Below the pieces are notes generated by a model. It did not search any database, had not been told where the DNA came from, and saw only the letters and a list, made by a program, of their open reading frames with translations. Positions 35,356-49,570 of a stretch of 64,000 nucleotides of DNA are shown one piece after another. The stretch is from Azolla caroliniana (taxonomy: Eukaryota > Plantae > Polypodiophyta): NCBI GenBank assembly GCA_043228905.1, contig JBHGNT010000012.1, positions 11,284,001 through 11,348,000 of the forward strand, written 5' to 3'. How positions within the stretch are numbered: position 1 is the first letter of the stretch; each line of letters begins with the position of its first letter. Both the position numbers and the translations under genes were made by a program.

Positions 35356-38300
35356 TGTTGGAAGACAGGTCCCTCCGGATGGGAAGAGAGAAGAACAGTG
35401 CCGACGAACAAACTCAGTGATCTCACTGTTGTATATTTCTACATAGTGACAGTTTGCAGCTTGTGGGCTGCCGTGGTTTTTCCCCTATTTTGGGGTTTTC
35501 CACGTATACCTCCTGTGTACCATTTCTCCTCTTTTGTGTCGCGTTTTCATTACCTGTTTTTCTGTGTATGTAAAGAATCTCGGTTGTGGCCGAGCGTCGG
35601 ACATAAGGAACGTTGAGTTCTCAACAAGTGGTATCAGAGCAAAAACGACACAGAAAATGGACGAATCGTTTGGCGGCATGTTCAAGCTCACCGGCTCCAA
35701 CTATTCAGTGTGGAAGTCGAAGATGAGGGACATGCTCGTGGTTAAAGACCTCTGGCTGCCGGTTCAGTTCGGGGACAAGAGACCGGACAAAATCGACGCC
35801 GCGATATGGGAGGTGATGCACATGAAGACAACGGCGTACATACGGTGCTTCATCGACATGAGCCTGTACAACAACTTCAATGAAGAGAGTAAGGCTCATG
35901 AGCTCTGGGAGAAGATCGGCACAATGTTCCAGAACAAAAATGTTGTCAATCAGGCGTCGGTATTCCGGAAGCTTGTAAGACTCCGGTACCAAGATGGCTC
36001 CAGCATGGCGTAGCATATGAATGCCTTCCAGGGGCTGATTCACCAGGCAACGTCATTGGAAGTACCTCTTGCCGATGAGGTCCTAGCGCTACTCCTGCTC
36101 GGTTCCCTCCCGGATAGCTGGGAGACGTTAGTTGTTACCTTGGGCAACGCCGGGCCGGAAGGAAAACGGCTATCCCTAGCAAGAGTAAAGTCGAGCTTGC
36201 TAGATGAGGAGGCTCGTCGGAAAGACAAAGATACGAGCTCCGACTCCGAAGCGCTCCTTATCGAATCGGAACGCGGAAGACATAGAAACCGTAGTCCCCA
36301 GAACCGGGAGAAGTCGGGGACACGATCTAAGTCAAGGGGGAGGCCTACTTGCTTCTATTGCGGCAAGCCGGGACACTTCCAAAAGAACTGTCGGCATTTC
36401 CGTAAAGACAAGGAAACCGATTGTACCGATTCGAAGCAAACCCCGAACCGGAACGGTACAGACCGGAACGGTAAAGACCGGAGGGGGCCGGACCGGAAGG
36501 GAACGACGGCAATTGCGGCAAGTGAAGAGGAGTTGATGCTCATCACTGAGGAGAATGAGCTAAACCATGCCGGCGATGAGATGACCTGGGTGGTAGACTC
36601 CGGAGCGTCGTTCCACCTTACCCCGGACCGGAAATGCTTCTCATCCTACTCAGCCGGTGATCACGGCTTTGTCCGGATGGGGAATGAAGGAACATGCCGA
36701 ATTGTCGGCATAGAAGACGTGTGGCTGACAACACCAACCGGATGCAAGTTGTTGTTGAAACATGTCCGACACATTCCGGAAGTTCGTCTGAACCTGATAT
36801 CAGCCGGTCGGCTGGATGATGAAGGCTACATGGGTAGCATCCGGAACGGTGTCATGAAGTTCAGCAAAGGGAGCATGATTGTGGCTCGGGCCCGGAAGGT
36901 AAACACACTGTACCTGATGTATGCCCGGTTATGTCCGGAAGAAGTGAACTTGGCTTCCGACACTGCCGGTGAGCTGTGGCACAAGAGGTTATGTCACATG
37001 AGTGAGAAGGGGATGAAGAGGCTTGCAGACGACAACCTCATTCCAGTGAAGAACGTGCACTTAGAGAAGTGCACTGATTGTCTGGCCGGTAAGCAGAACC
37101 GGACCTCCTTCCGACCAAGGCCACCGATGAGACGTAATGCACCACTAGAGTTGGTGCATACGGATGTTTGTCAAGTAGACACGAAGTCACATGCCGGAGC
37201 GCAGTACTTCGTGACGTTCATAGATGACCACAGCCGGAAGCTGTGGGCCACACCGCTGAAGACGAAGGATCAGGTGTTATCCGTCTTCAAAGAGCTCCAC
37301 GCGAGAGTGGAAAGAGAAACCGGCCGGAAGCTGAAGGCGGTTCGAGCAGATAACGGAGGTGAGTACCGGGGGAAGTTCGAGGAGTACTGCCGCTCGAAGG
37401 GAATCCGGCTCGAATTTACCGTGCCGAAGACGCCGGAGCTAAACGGACTGGCCGAGAGGATGAACCGGACCATAATGGAGAGGGTCCGGAGTATGCTAGC
37501 GCATGCAAAACTACCCAAGAAGTTTTGGGCTGAGGCACTGTCGACGGCGACATACGTGATAAACAGATCACCCTCAGTACCCCTGGACGGAGACACGCCA
37601 CAGAGAGTATGGACCGGTAAGGAAGTGTCCTACCGGCATCTAAGGGTGTTCGGGTGTCTCGCGTACGTGCATGTAGCAAAGGACCGGAGAGGAAAGCTAG
37701 ATCCAAAGACCCGGCCATGCATATTCCTCGGTTACGGTGACGACGAGTTCGGCTACCGAGTGTGGGACCCGGTCGACAAGAAGGTATTCCGGAGTCGAGA
37801 TATTATCTTCATGGAGGACAAGACGCTCGCCGACTGGGAGTCGGAGAAGAAGATAGTGAACTCCGAGTCGACCGGTAAGGATAGACTCTACAATGAGCAG
37901 ACCCAACCGGCAAGAGACCGGTTAGCACTCGAGGAACCAGCCGGTTACGGTGAGGATACCGAACCGGCAGAAGAAGAAGTAGAGGAAGCTGAGACCGGAA
38001 CCGGTCAAGATCCCGAATCGGATTCGGATGAAGAGCAAATGGAGGAACTGATTACCGAAGCCCGAAGACGTAGATATCCTCTCAGAGAGAGAAGGGCGCC
38101 CCGGAGATTTCCGGAAGCAGAGCATGTCCTGCTAACCGATGAAGGGGAGCCGGAAAGCTTTGAAGAAGCAAAGGAAGACACCCACAGCCGAAAATGGTTA
38201 AGTGCCATGCAGGATGAGATGGATTCCCTGCATGAGAACCATACGTACGAATTGGTGGAGCTGCCGAAAGGAAAGCGGGCACTCCGAAACAAGTGGGTAT

Positions 38301-40272
38301 TCAAGTTGAAACCGGGAGATGCCGGCAACCCCCCAAGATACAAAGCCAGGATCGTGGTGAAGGGGTTCCAGCAGAAGAAGGGCGTGGACTTCGACGAAAT
38401 ATTCGCCCCGGTAGTAAAGATGACCTCCATCCGGACGGTGCTGAGTATAGCAGCAAGCATGGATCTCGAGGTAGAGCAGCTGGACGTGAAGACGGCATTC
38501 CTCCACGGCGACCTCGAAGAGGAAATCTACATGCAGCAACCGGAAGGATTTGTGGAGAAAGGGAAGGAACACCTGGTATGCCGGTTGAAGAAGAGCCTGT
38601 ACGGACTGAAGCAGGCTCCCCGGCAATGGTATCGGAAGTTCGACTCCTTCATGACCGATCAAGGGTACCACAAGACGCAGGCCGATCACTGCGTGTTTGT
38701 GAAGAAGTTCGAAGGAGGGGACTTCCTGATACTCCTCCTGTACGTGGATGACATGTTGATCGTCGGACGAGACCAAGGAAAAATACGGATGCTGAAGAAG
38801 GCTCTCAATCGGACCTTCTCAATGAAGGACTTGGGTCCGGCAAGACAGATGTTGGGGATGCACATCATTCGGGACCGGTCAGTGAAGCAACTATGGCTGT
38901 CACAGGAGAAGTATGTGACAAAGGTGCTTCACTGGTTCAACATGTCAGATGCAAAACCGGTCGGATCGTCACTACCGGAAAACTGCAAGTTGTCCGGCAA
39001 GCAAAGCCCGAAGACAAAAGGAGAGAAGGCAGATATGACGAAGATTCCATATGCCTCTGCCATCGGGAGCTTGATGTACGCAATGGTCTGTACCCGACCG
39101 GACATTGGATACGCAGTCGGAGTGGTGAGCCGGTTCATGAGTAATCCTGGCAAGGAGCATTGGAACGTGGTCAAATGGATACTCCGGTATTTGAAGGGCA
39201 CTTCAAATATGTGTCTCCGATTCGGCTCCGGAAAACCTCAACTGGACGGTTTCACCGATTCGGATATATCGGCTGATGTGGATACCAGCCGGTCTACATC
39301 CGGATATGTGATGACATATGCGGGGGGAGCTGTTTCGTGGCAGTCGAGGGTGCAGAAGACGGTTGCATTGTCAACCACAGAGGCGGAGTACATGGCGGCT
39401 GTGGAAGCTGGCAAGGAAATATTATGGATGAAGGACTTCATCGGGGAGCTCGGTATCCGGCAAGAGGAATACCGACTCTACTGCGACATTCAAAGTGCCA
39501 TCCACCTTGCTAAGAATGCGGCCTACCATTCCCGGACGAAGCATATCCAGCGGAGGTATCACTGGATCCGGGAAAGGGTAGATGACCAGGAGTTCGCTTT
39601 GGCGAAGATCCACACAGCCGAGAACGGGTCAGATATGCTGACCAAAGTGCTGACACCCGACAAGCTGGACGCATGCCGGAAGAGGATCGGGCTGGAAAGA
39701 CACCCCATGCCGGAGTGAAGGGGGAGTTTGTTGGAAGACAGGTCCCTCCGGATGGGAAGAGAGAAGAACAGTGCCGACGAACAAACTCGGCCGAGGCCGA
39801 GACGGAGAACCGGATGAGGAGTACCCGACTGCGGAGAGCCGGATGGAGCCCATCGAGGCTACATTTGTAAATAGCCAAAAAGTCATATTAGTATAAATAT
39901 GACTTAGGGCAAACTTTTAAAAGTAGTTATCATTCTTGTTGGTGCAAGAAGAAATTAGAGCGTGTAACTGTACAGAGAGAGAGAGAGAGAGAGACGAGGT
40001 CGTTGCCTCTGCTGTAACCGCCGCCTGTGGCGAAGATCTGAGAGCACGAGGTCGTTGCCTCAGTGATCTCACTGTTGTATATTTCTACATAGTGACAGTT
40101 TGCAGCTTGTGGGCTGCCGTGGTTTTTCCCCTATTTTGGGGTTTTCCACGTATACCTCCTGTGTACCATTTCTCCTCTTTTGTGTCGCATTTTCATTACC
40201 TGTTTTTCTGTGTATGTAAAGAATCTCGGTTGTGGCCGAGCGTCGGACATAAGGAACGTTGAGTTCTCAACA
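35356..40272 (+). mobile_element. Ty1/copia element 'J' (same family as A) inserted in the 5' LTR of I
   Basis: TSD TGTGT (35351-35355, 40273-40277); LTRs 35356-35626 (internally deleted) and 39729-40272; PBS 35629-35640; PPT AGGGGGAG at 39719-39726. Confidence 0.96.
35657..39718 (+). pseudogene. Copia polyprotein of J with one premature stop (36011-36013)
   Basis: ORFs 35534-36013 and 36017-39718 in same frame; pol highly similar to A; MA*H where A has MVEH. Confidence 0.93.
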
Positions 40273-40785
40273 TGTGTGAACTCAACTTGAGAGTGAATAG
40301 ACACTCCAACGGTCAAGAGTCACCATTATGTCACCTCTTTGTATTCTGGCATTTAGTATGAGTCATAGAATCATATTCTATGACACATAACTTATGAGCT
40401 TTCACATTCCCCATGCTCCATGAGTCTTGTAGTTAATGAAGAGACAGGGTGACTATATAAAGCACCCTCCTCCCACCTTGTATTTAGTTGAGTCTTTCTC
40501 CTTTGTTAATATACTTAACCTTGCGTATACTCTGCCTCTCTCTCTCTCTCTCTCTCTCTATCTCACACACACACACAGTTCACACCTATCCCGCTTCACA
40601 AGAATCCATCTCTTGATTCTTTACATGGTATCAGAGCGAGGTTGGTAGCTTGATCTAGCCCATTCACCTCATCGTGATCATGTGTTATGCTCCACCCCGA
40701 CGACCAACAACCGGCTCATCGCTATCGTAGCTTCCCTACATAGCTCGCATTCGAAGAGAGAAGAATAAGAAGAAGAATTGACATA

Positions 40786-43700
40786 ATGAATACTCAAATG
40801 GGGAGCGCTCTCCGTACCGAGAAGTTGGATCGAAACAACTTCGCATCTTGGGAGTACAAGATGCACCAATACCTTGTCAGACAAGGCTATTGGAGCTACA
40901 TCAAAGGAGCGCATGAAGACCGACCCGCCGAAGCGGCTCCCGGATATGCGACATGGGAGCAAGCTGCAAGCTGCGTGATGTATTTCTTGGAGACATGTGT
41001 TCACGATCACATGCTCGGCTACATTCGCGAAGCCAAGACGCCGAAGGAGGCATGGGAAAATCTACAAAAGATTTTCGCGGCAAACACGACCGCGAGGAAG
41101 CTTCAACTCCACCAAGAGTTGAACAACATTCAACAAAGGGACATGTCCATCAGGACATACACCTCGAAGATCAAGGAGGTTTGCGATTCGCTCGGCTCAA
41201 TAAGCGTAAATATCGATGATGATGAGATGGTTCAAATATGCCTCAACGGCCTCGCACCACGGTACGGCGTGATGCGAACCGCCGTTCTAGCACGGGAGAA
41301 ATCTCCCTCCTTCTTCGAGCTCCAATCAATGCTATTGGTCGAAGAAAATCACGTGCGTACAAGGAGCAATGAGTCGGAAGGCCACATGCTCTACACGCAC
41401 TCGAACGGAGGAAGAGGACGCGGACGGTCGAGAGGCCAATTCGGCCAAGGACAAGGCAGACGAGGTCCGACCTACGATAACAACTCCCAATTTCGGCCGC
41501 AAAGCGGAAGCCAACGAGGAACCTTTGCAAGAAGGGGGAGCTTCCACTCCGGCCCGAGCCGTCAAAACGCAACCGAATGCAGATATTGCGGAAAGCTCGG
41601 CCACCACGAAGAAGAGTGCTGAAAGAAGATGCGTGAATCAGCTTCCACAAGCCGACAACTCACGAATTACGTGTACAATTCCGACTATGAAGAGTATAGC
41701 GGAATGTATGGGAACAACTCCGACTATGAAGATCGTGGCGGAATGTATGCACGCAACTCCGATCGTGGTGGAATGTTCATGATGAAACATAGAGCAAACT
41801 CTATGTCGGCCTCTACCTCAACTCGTGCCCTCAATCCGGAGGACATATGGTTTGTAGACTTCGGAGCCTCAAACCATATGACATCCCACAAAGAATGGTT
41901 TCTCGAACTTCGAGAGCCGGAGCAACCCGGTTATGTCGAAACCGGAGATGACACTACGCACTTGATTCGGCACATCGGCAATGTTCCGTTCGACGAAAGA
42001 GGTAAGCAAACATACATTAAAAAAATTCTGCATGTTCCCACCATCACGAAGAATTTGGTCTCGGTCGGCCAAATGGTCGAGCAAGGGATGCAAGTACAAT
42101 TCGACCAAGAAGGGTGCTTCATCGAAAAAGAAGGCCAAATCATTGCATGCGGAAGAAGAGAGGGCCGGATGTTCATTCTCGATTCACGCGAGATGAAATC
42201 CACCATGTTCTCGAAAAGCACGAAAACCGACTCCGACATAGAGCTATGGCACAAGCGAATCAGCCACATCAATCTCAACAAACTCAAAGCAATGAAATCG
42301 AAAGGAGTAGTCATCGGACTCCCGACATTCAAAGAGAAGGAGATTGAAGGTGTATGCGAAGCATGCCAATTCGGCAAGCAACACCAACACCCATTCCCGA
42401 AAGAGCGGAACGTGAGCAAAGGTCTACTCGACGTAGTCCATTCCGACGTATGGGGACCGGCGCAGACGGCTACATTCGGCGGATGCCGATATTACGTGCT
42501 CTTCATCAACGACTTCTCCAGGCACACTTGGATCTACCCGATGCGGCAAAAGAGCGAAGTGTTTGAACACTTCCAAACATTCAAGAATGAAGTCGAGAAA
42601 TCCACGAGCCGACATGTACGTTGTCTTCGATCGGATGGCGGCAAGGAGTACTTCTCGGACGATTTCACGGCGTATCTCCGAAAGGAAGGAATTCGGCGAG
42701 AATTCACTTGCCGACACACTTCGCAACAAAACGTAGTAGCCGAGCGCAAAAATCAGCACATCCTCGAAGTAGCGTGGGCAATGATGAATGAGAAGCATAT
42801 GCCCAAGTCTTATTGGGCCGAAGCTGCAAATACAGTCGTCTATCTAATCAACCGGTGCGCAACATCCGGCGTGCACGAGGTCACTCCGCACGAAAGATTC
42901 TTCGGAAAGAAGCCGAACCTATCACATGTTCGGATATTCGGCTCCATTGCGTACGTTCACATCCCCGACGAGAAGCGTCAAAAGCTCGACCCAAAGTCGG
43001 AGAAATGTATCCTCGTAGGATACTCACTAGAGCAAAAGGGGTACAAGTGCTACAACCCCTCAACTCGAAAATCTCGAGTAAGTCGAGCCGTCGTTTTTTA
43101 CGAGTCCGCATCCTAGTACGCACCAGAGACAACTTCGACTCTGACTCCGCTCGACCCAGGATCTGCCGAACAAGAGATAGAGGATGAAGATCATTTTACG
43201 CGCATGTTCGAAGAAAGTCCGATCACGACCCGACTGAGCGGACCACAAGAGCCTCCGAGCGATCAAAGCACATCACGGCCTAGCCCGAAGATGGACAAAG
43301 GCAAGGCGAAAATGGCGGAATACGAAGACGATCGCTTCGACGACAATGAATCAACTCACTCACTTGACAGTGAGTTCGGCGGCTTCGATGTACCAATCGA
43401 AGCTAAGAAAGCCCTCATCTGTGCAAATGAAAAGCTCTACTGCTCCACCCGTGAAAAGAATCCAGTTAGCCGATTCAGCTACAATGACTACATGGCATAT
43501 CACTATGCCTTTATGATGAAGGTGGCGACAGTACACGAGCCGGAAACATTCTCCGAAGCAGCCAAGGATCCGCGATGGATCGAAGCCATGAACAAGGAGA
43601 TGCAGGCACTACACAAGAACGAGACGTGGGATCTCGTTCCCACCTCACCACAAAAAAAGGCGATCGAATCTAGATGGATTTACAAGGTGAAGTATAACAA

Positions 43701-45756
43701 TGATGGCTCCGTAAACCGCTACAAAGCTCGACTCGTAGCGAAAGGATACGCTCAGACGCATGGCCTCGACTACGAAGAGACATTTGCCCCGGTGGCAAAG
43801 ATGACGACGGTGCGGACCGTAATTGCGATTGCCGTGGCGAGAGGGTGGCACCTCCATCAAATGGACGTCAAGAACGCCTTTCTACAAGGCGAATTAGAAG
43901 AGGTGTACATGATACAACCACCCGGCTTCGAATCGCGCATTCATCCAAAAGCCATATGCCAACTCAAGAAGCCACTCTACGGCCTCAAGCAAGCACCGTG
44001 TGCTTGGCATTCGAAGATAACGCAATATCTTCATCAAATCGGCTTCCGTATGTCAAAATCGGACAACTCCCTCTACATACGAAGCGATTCCGCAAGTCCG
44101 AACTCCGGCACCAAAGCGTGTGAGCAGACTCAGTATCGACAACTCATCGGTGTTAGGAAACAGGTCCCTCTGGATGGGAAGTGAGAAGAATAGTACTGAT
44201 GAGCAAACTCAACCGAGGCCGATAGGCCGAAACCGGATGATGAGTACCTGGCTACGGAGAGCCGCAGACCCGGTGAGAACCGGATGACGAGTACCCGGCT
44301 ACAGAGAGTCGGATGGTGCAGACCCGGTGAGAACCGGATGATGAGTACCCGGCTACGGAGAGCCGGATGGTGCAGACCCGGTGAGAACCGGATGACGAGT
44401 ACCCAGCTACGGAGAGATGGATGGTGCAGACCTGGTGAGAACCTGATGACGAGTACCCGACAAGTGCCAGATGATGCAAGCCCGGTGAGAACCGGATGAA
44501 GAGACATATTTGTAAATATGTTTCTGAGAGTCCATCGTGGCTATATTTATAAATAGCCGAAAAGTCATATTAGTATAAATATGACTTAGGGCAAACTTAT
44601 GAGTGGTGTTGTTGTCATTCTTGTTGGCGCAAGATTAGAGCACGCAACTGTGTACAGAGAGAGTGAGAGAGAGGAAGAGGTCGTTGCCTCTTATTGTAAC
44701 TGCCGCCTGTGGCGAAGACAACAAGCTCGAGGTCGTGGCCTCGGTGCTTTCTTATTGTACATTCTGACATAGTGATAGTTTGCGGTCTGTGGGCTGTCGT
44801 GGTTTTTCCCGAGTTTGGGTTTTCCACGTCAACATCCTGTGTACTCTTCTCTCTATCGTGTTGTATTTCATTCCCTGTTTTCTGTGTTTTATTCTAGGCT
44901 CGGTTGTGGACGAGCGTTGTTCTAAACGGAGCGTGTAGTTCCTGTCAAACTTGTTATACAAGTTCGGTATGGCTAAGTGCAAATCCGTGGTAACCCCGCT
45001 CGATCGTAATCTCAAAGTAGATGCGAACTCCGGCACCAAAGCGTGTGAGCAGACTCAGTATCGACAACTCATCGGGAGTCTCATCTACCTCACGATCGAC
45101 CCGATCTCAATTATCCGGTCGGTCTCCTTAGTCAATTCATGCAAACACCGCGTGATACTCACTTGGATTGCGCTAAGCGAGTTCTACGATACGTGAGCGG
45201 CACAATGGATTGCGGCATCCTCTACAAGACCGCGATGCCAATACGACTCGAGGGGTACACAGGCGCCGATTGGGTTGGCTACAAAGCCGATAGACGATCA
45301 ACCTCCGGTTTTGTTTTCTCCCTCGGCAGAGGAGCAATATCCTGGAGTAGCAAGAAGCAACCTATCGTCGCTCTTTCGAGTACGGAGGCGGAATACAAGG
45401 GTGCAGTCGTAGCTACGTGTGAAGTTGTATGGCTCAGGAGGATTTTGAAGGATCTTGGCGTACCCATCAAGGATCTGACTTCCCTGTACTGCGACAATAT
45501 GAGCAGTATCTATCTGGCTCGGAACCCGGTGTTCCACGCGCGGACAAAGCACATCGAAGTGCACTATCACTTCATTCGAGAGCGCGTTCTAGCTGGCGAT
45601 GTCGACCTACAACACATTAGCACAAATCTTCAAACGGCCGACATCTTCACTAAAGCATTAGGAGCCGACAAGTTGTGGCAATTCATGACCGATCTCGAAT
45701 TGACGATCCCTGACCTGCCAAGCTTGAGGGGGAGTACTGAAGACATTACGCAATAA
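40786..45756 (+). pseudogene. Copia polyprotein of I (stops; RT core deleted around K)
   Basis: CRYCGKLGHHEEEC, VDFGAS, SDGGKEY, KARLVAKG, QMDVKNAFL, KHIEVHYH. Confidence 0.92.
44151..44947 (+). repeat. Solo-LTR-like copy 'K' of the A/J copia family, without TSD
   Basis: TGTTAGGAAACAGGTCC...CCTGTCA; 54-bp CCGG-rich tandem units; TATAAATA. Confidence 0.85.
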
Positions 45757-46313
45757 TGTGTGGATTCCGCAAGCCGTGCACACTACGCAAGAACACGTGG
45801 ATTACGCAACCACGCAACGAAGCCGCGAAGAGCCGATCTACCGCGAAGAAACATGCAAGCCGAAGCATAGACTTCGCAACTACGCATAACGCAAGCTGGA
45901 GCACGGATTCCACAACTCCGCATAAATGCGAGTCGACGCGAGTCGACACGGACTCCGGAACGCGAGTCGAAGCGGATTTCGGATACCGTCTGAAACCGAC
46001 CCGACTTGAGCTTGAGGGGGTGTGTTGAGAATCAAGCTCAACTTGGTCTAGTGTGTGAACTCACCTTGAGAGTGAATAGACACTCCAACAGTCAAGAGTC
46101 ACCATTATGTCACCTCTTTGTATTCTAGCATTTAGTATGAGTCCTAGAATCATATTCTATAACACATAACTTATGAGCTTTCACATTCCCCATGCTCCAT
46201 GAGTCTTGTAGTTAATGAAGAGAGAGGGTGACTATATAAAGCACCCTCCTCCCACCTTGTATTTAGTTGAGTCTTTCTCCTTTGTTAATATACTTAACCT
46301 TGCGTATACTCTG

Positions 46314-46382
<69 letters not shown>

Positions 46383-46384
46383 CT

Positions 46385-46905
46385 ACAAATGTGGAGGCTC
46401 ACGCTTCACACATTATACTACACATGTTGCACCTAACTACAAAACCATATTCTTTGCGGAACGGGGAAATCGTACACATCCATACATGTTAGAGCCCATA
46501 CCGTTATCTGCCATTCGAACCATTGCTTCCATGCGACTTAGCTCACATGCATTGCGATGTGAAACAGGGCGTTGGGGTACAAGTGATGAGAGTGGTCGGT
46601 TATGCACACTTTGCCCTAAACAAGTTCGCGAGTCTGAGTATCACACTTTGATACAATGCTCTGCCTTTGATCATATTCGACCATGCTTTCCACATCTCTT
46701 CGATCGAGCCCAATCTTTGCATGAATTCCTCTCACAACCACAATGTGCACTCTCGATTGCAACATTCATTGGTAAAGTTCTTGAACATCGAGAGTCACTA
46801 CTCACTTTCACACGTATCACGTGAAATGTAATATTTTTGGTCTCATAGGTCATATTTGATCTCCGAAGACGATAATATAATCTATCTATCTATCTATCTA
46901 TCTCA
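46385..46905 (+). mobile_element. 5'-truncated non-LTR retrotransposon (RTEX-like) 3' end with (CTAT)n tail
   Basis: RLSSHALRCETGRW...RLCTLC..RESEYHTLIQC zinc-binding C-terminus; absent from 5' LTR of I; sits in (CT)n/CTAT microsatellite. Confidence 0.75.
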
Positions 46906-46926
46906 TACACACACACACACAGTTCA

Positions 46927-47621
46927 TGTTAGAAAACAGGTCCCTCCGAATGAGGAGTACCTGGCTACGGATGACCCGGTGAGAACCGGATGATGAAGAC
47001 CCGGTTAGAACCGGATGAGGAGTACCTAGCTACGGATGACCCGGTGAGAACCAGATGAGGAGTACCCGGCTACGAATGACCCGGTGAGAACCGGATGATG
47101 AGTGCCCGGCAAGCGCCAGATGATGCAGGCCCGGTGAAGAGTGATCACCGGATGAAGGGACATATTCGTAAATATGTTTCTAAGAGTCCATCGGGGATAT
47201 ATTTGTAAATAGCCGGAAAGTCATATTAGTATAAATATGACTTAGGGCAAACTATTGTTTATGATGTGTGTGTGATGTTGTTGTCATTCTTGTTGGTGCA
47301 AGACTTGAGAGCGTGTAACAGTGTATAGAGAGAGAGAGAGAGAGAGGAAGAGGTCGTTGCCTCTGTTGTAACCGCTGCTTGTGGCGAAGATCGTGAGCAC
47401 GAGGTCGTTGCCTCCGTGAGCTCACTATTGTACATTCTGATATAGTGATAGTTCGTAGTGTGTGGGCTGCCGTGGTTTTTCCTTAGTTTGGGTTTTCCAC
47501 GCTAACATGTTGTGTACTCCTCTCTCCATTGTGTTGTGCTTTCATTTCCCTTTTTTCTGTGTATGATTCTAAGCTCGGTTGTGGCCGAGCGTTGCGCATA
47601 GGGAGCGTGCAGTTCCTGTCA
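46927..47621 (+). repeat. Solo LTR 'L' of the A/J copia family
   Basis: TG...CA; TSD GTTCA (46922-46926, 47622-47626). Confidence 0.93.
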
Positions 47622-47674
47622 GTTCACACCTATTCCGCTTCACAAGAATCCATCTCTTGATTCTTTACAGGGAG

Positions 47675-49479
47675 AAATCGAACCTCAGGAGGATCGAGCC
47701 TTACAGAAGATAGGGCGGAAGAAGCAAGCACAGAATGCTTCTCTCCTCATGGAGCTACCAGATCTTAACATGACCTTAGTCGAGGCATATCGAAATCTGC
47801 ACCACACTACTCGGGCGGCCAAGGACATGGCCCAACGTATCAAAATGACGCATCAGCAAGCCAAATGGGCTACCGAGCTATGGCCAGCCGCCGAGGAAAA
47901 ACTGGCGTCATTGAAGCAACAACATCAAGAACAACCGCCCTTAAGCCTCCTTGCGCCGAGTAACGATGTCTCACCAGCCCCTCTTCCGAACCCGAGCCTG
48001 AGTGTTGTTGTTACTAAAGCACACAAAGATGACACAGCTCACCCCAGGGTAGCCACGATCGATGCAAGCACAATGACGTAGTTGGTACAAACAAGTGAGC
48101 CATCGTCATGGGCAGATATAAGCCCGCAACACCAAACTAGCCACGTTTCCACGCAAACGCCACCACCACCTCTCGTCATGGAGAGATCTACACAAACGGA
48201 CAAGGAACCTACTCCCCGGATCCAGCAAGCTACAACCCAGACCGGACCTCCCCTCCGTGACTACCAAAAGGAGCTTAAGGCCCAGATCGCTCTGACCGAG
48301 TTAGCAGAACAAAACCACAACCACATGATTTGCCAACTACGGGAACAAGCCGCGGGCCGTGAAGCTAGCCTCAAGCAACTACTTGCTGAAAGCTCAGCCG
48401 CACTCAAAGCACAAGAAAGAGAGGTGATGACCCTTCAAGTCTCTATCACCGAGGGCAGAGAACGATTCCTTAAAGAGGCAGAGCAGAATAGCCAACGGGA
48501 ACATGAGCTATTCGCAGACAACCAGGAATTACGTCGTCAACAAAGGGCATTACAAGAATTAGCAAACGAGCACATGCAAAAGTGGAGGATCTCTGTAGAG
48601 CAAAGGGCAAAAATTTCTGATGCATATCATCAGTTGTAAACAGAGCACATCGCCGCCGGAGAACGACATCGGGACACTTGGAGGCAGGACAGGGACGAAA
48701 CTGTAGCTCAGCTCACCAAACGTTACGAGCAAACAATCGCGCTCATAACCGAAAAAGCAAAAGATAACCAAGCTACTTTAGCGCTCCTCATCCGCAAAAG
48801 CCAAGAAGACGCCAAGGCCGCAAGGGAGGAAGTGGAAGTTCACCAAGCTAGCATTGACATGGACGATACTAAAATCAAGATCCTAATCAACAAGTATCAC
48901 CAGCAATTCACCAAGAAGATCGAGGAAACGCTTGACCGTGTCTGGCAGGAGTGGTCAGCCCAGGCCACGGAACTACACATACTACGCGCGGACGCCGAGA
49001 ACCAACGGAAGGAGGGTCGAGGGTTTTACAAGATGGATGGCACCAACATCCAGACCCTCCGTGAAGACTTGACTGAGGAATATCATACCTTAGCAACATC
49101 CCATGCTGTGGCCATTGAGCAACTTTTAGAGGAATTCAACGACGATCTAATGGTGTTTCGCTTAGAAGCCGAAGCTTACGAGGACGAACGCCTAGCTACT
49201 AGGATTAATAGAGCTCCCACGACCAACGAGCAAGAACCCGAGACACCCACCACAGAAGCTAGACAGGAAGAACCTACTCCTACAAATCCCCACATCCCAC
49301 CCGAGCCACAAACTACAACCACGACCCTGCCTGAATCGGTACCAACAGAGGGTCGTGCACGCGACGACACAGCCATCACCGACTCGGCAACAAAACCTCC
49401 ATCACCAACCCCACCTTCCGAGCAGCCAGACCAACCCCACGCCCTCGAGGATATCCTCGGCATATTAAAAGAGGAGTAA
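47675..49479 (+). pseudogene. ORF2 of C, C-terminal part
   Basis: Coiled coil, WQEWSAQATELHILRAD..N.RKEGRGFYKM, ends EDILGILKEE*. Confidence 0.88.
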
Positions 49480-49570
49480 AACAAACCTATAAGCCCTTGT
49501 ATAAACGGGCAATTTTTGTAATTTGTTTTGTTTTTGCCATATCCATGGTTACCCCTTCACATTGTGAACT

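Larger units (their letters stand above)
35322..47669 (+). mobile_element. Ty1/copia element 'I' (decayed; hosts J, K, L and a LINE)
   Basis: TSD GGGAG (35317-35321, 47670-47674); 5' LTR 35322-35355 + 40278-40625; PBS TGGTATCAGAGC 40626-40637; PPT 46012-46020; 3' LTR 46023-47669. Confidence 0.94.
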
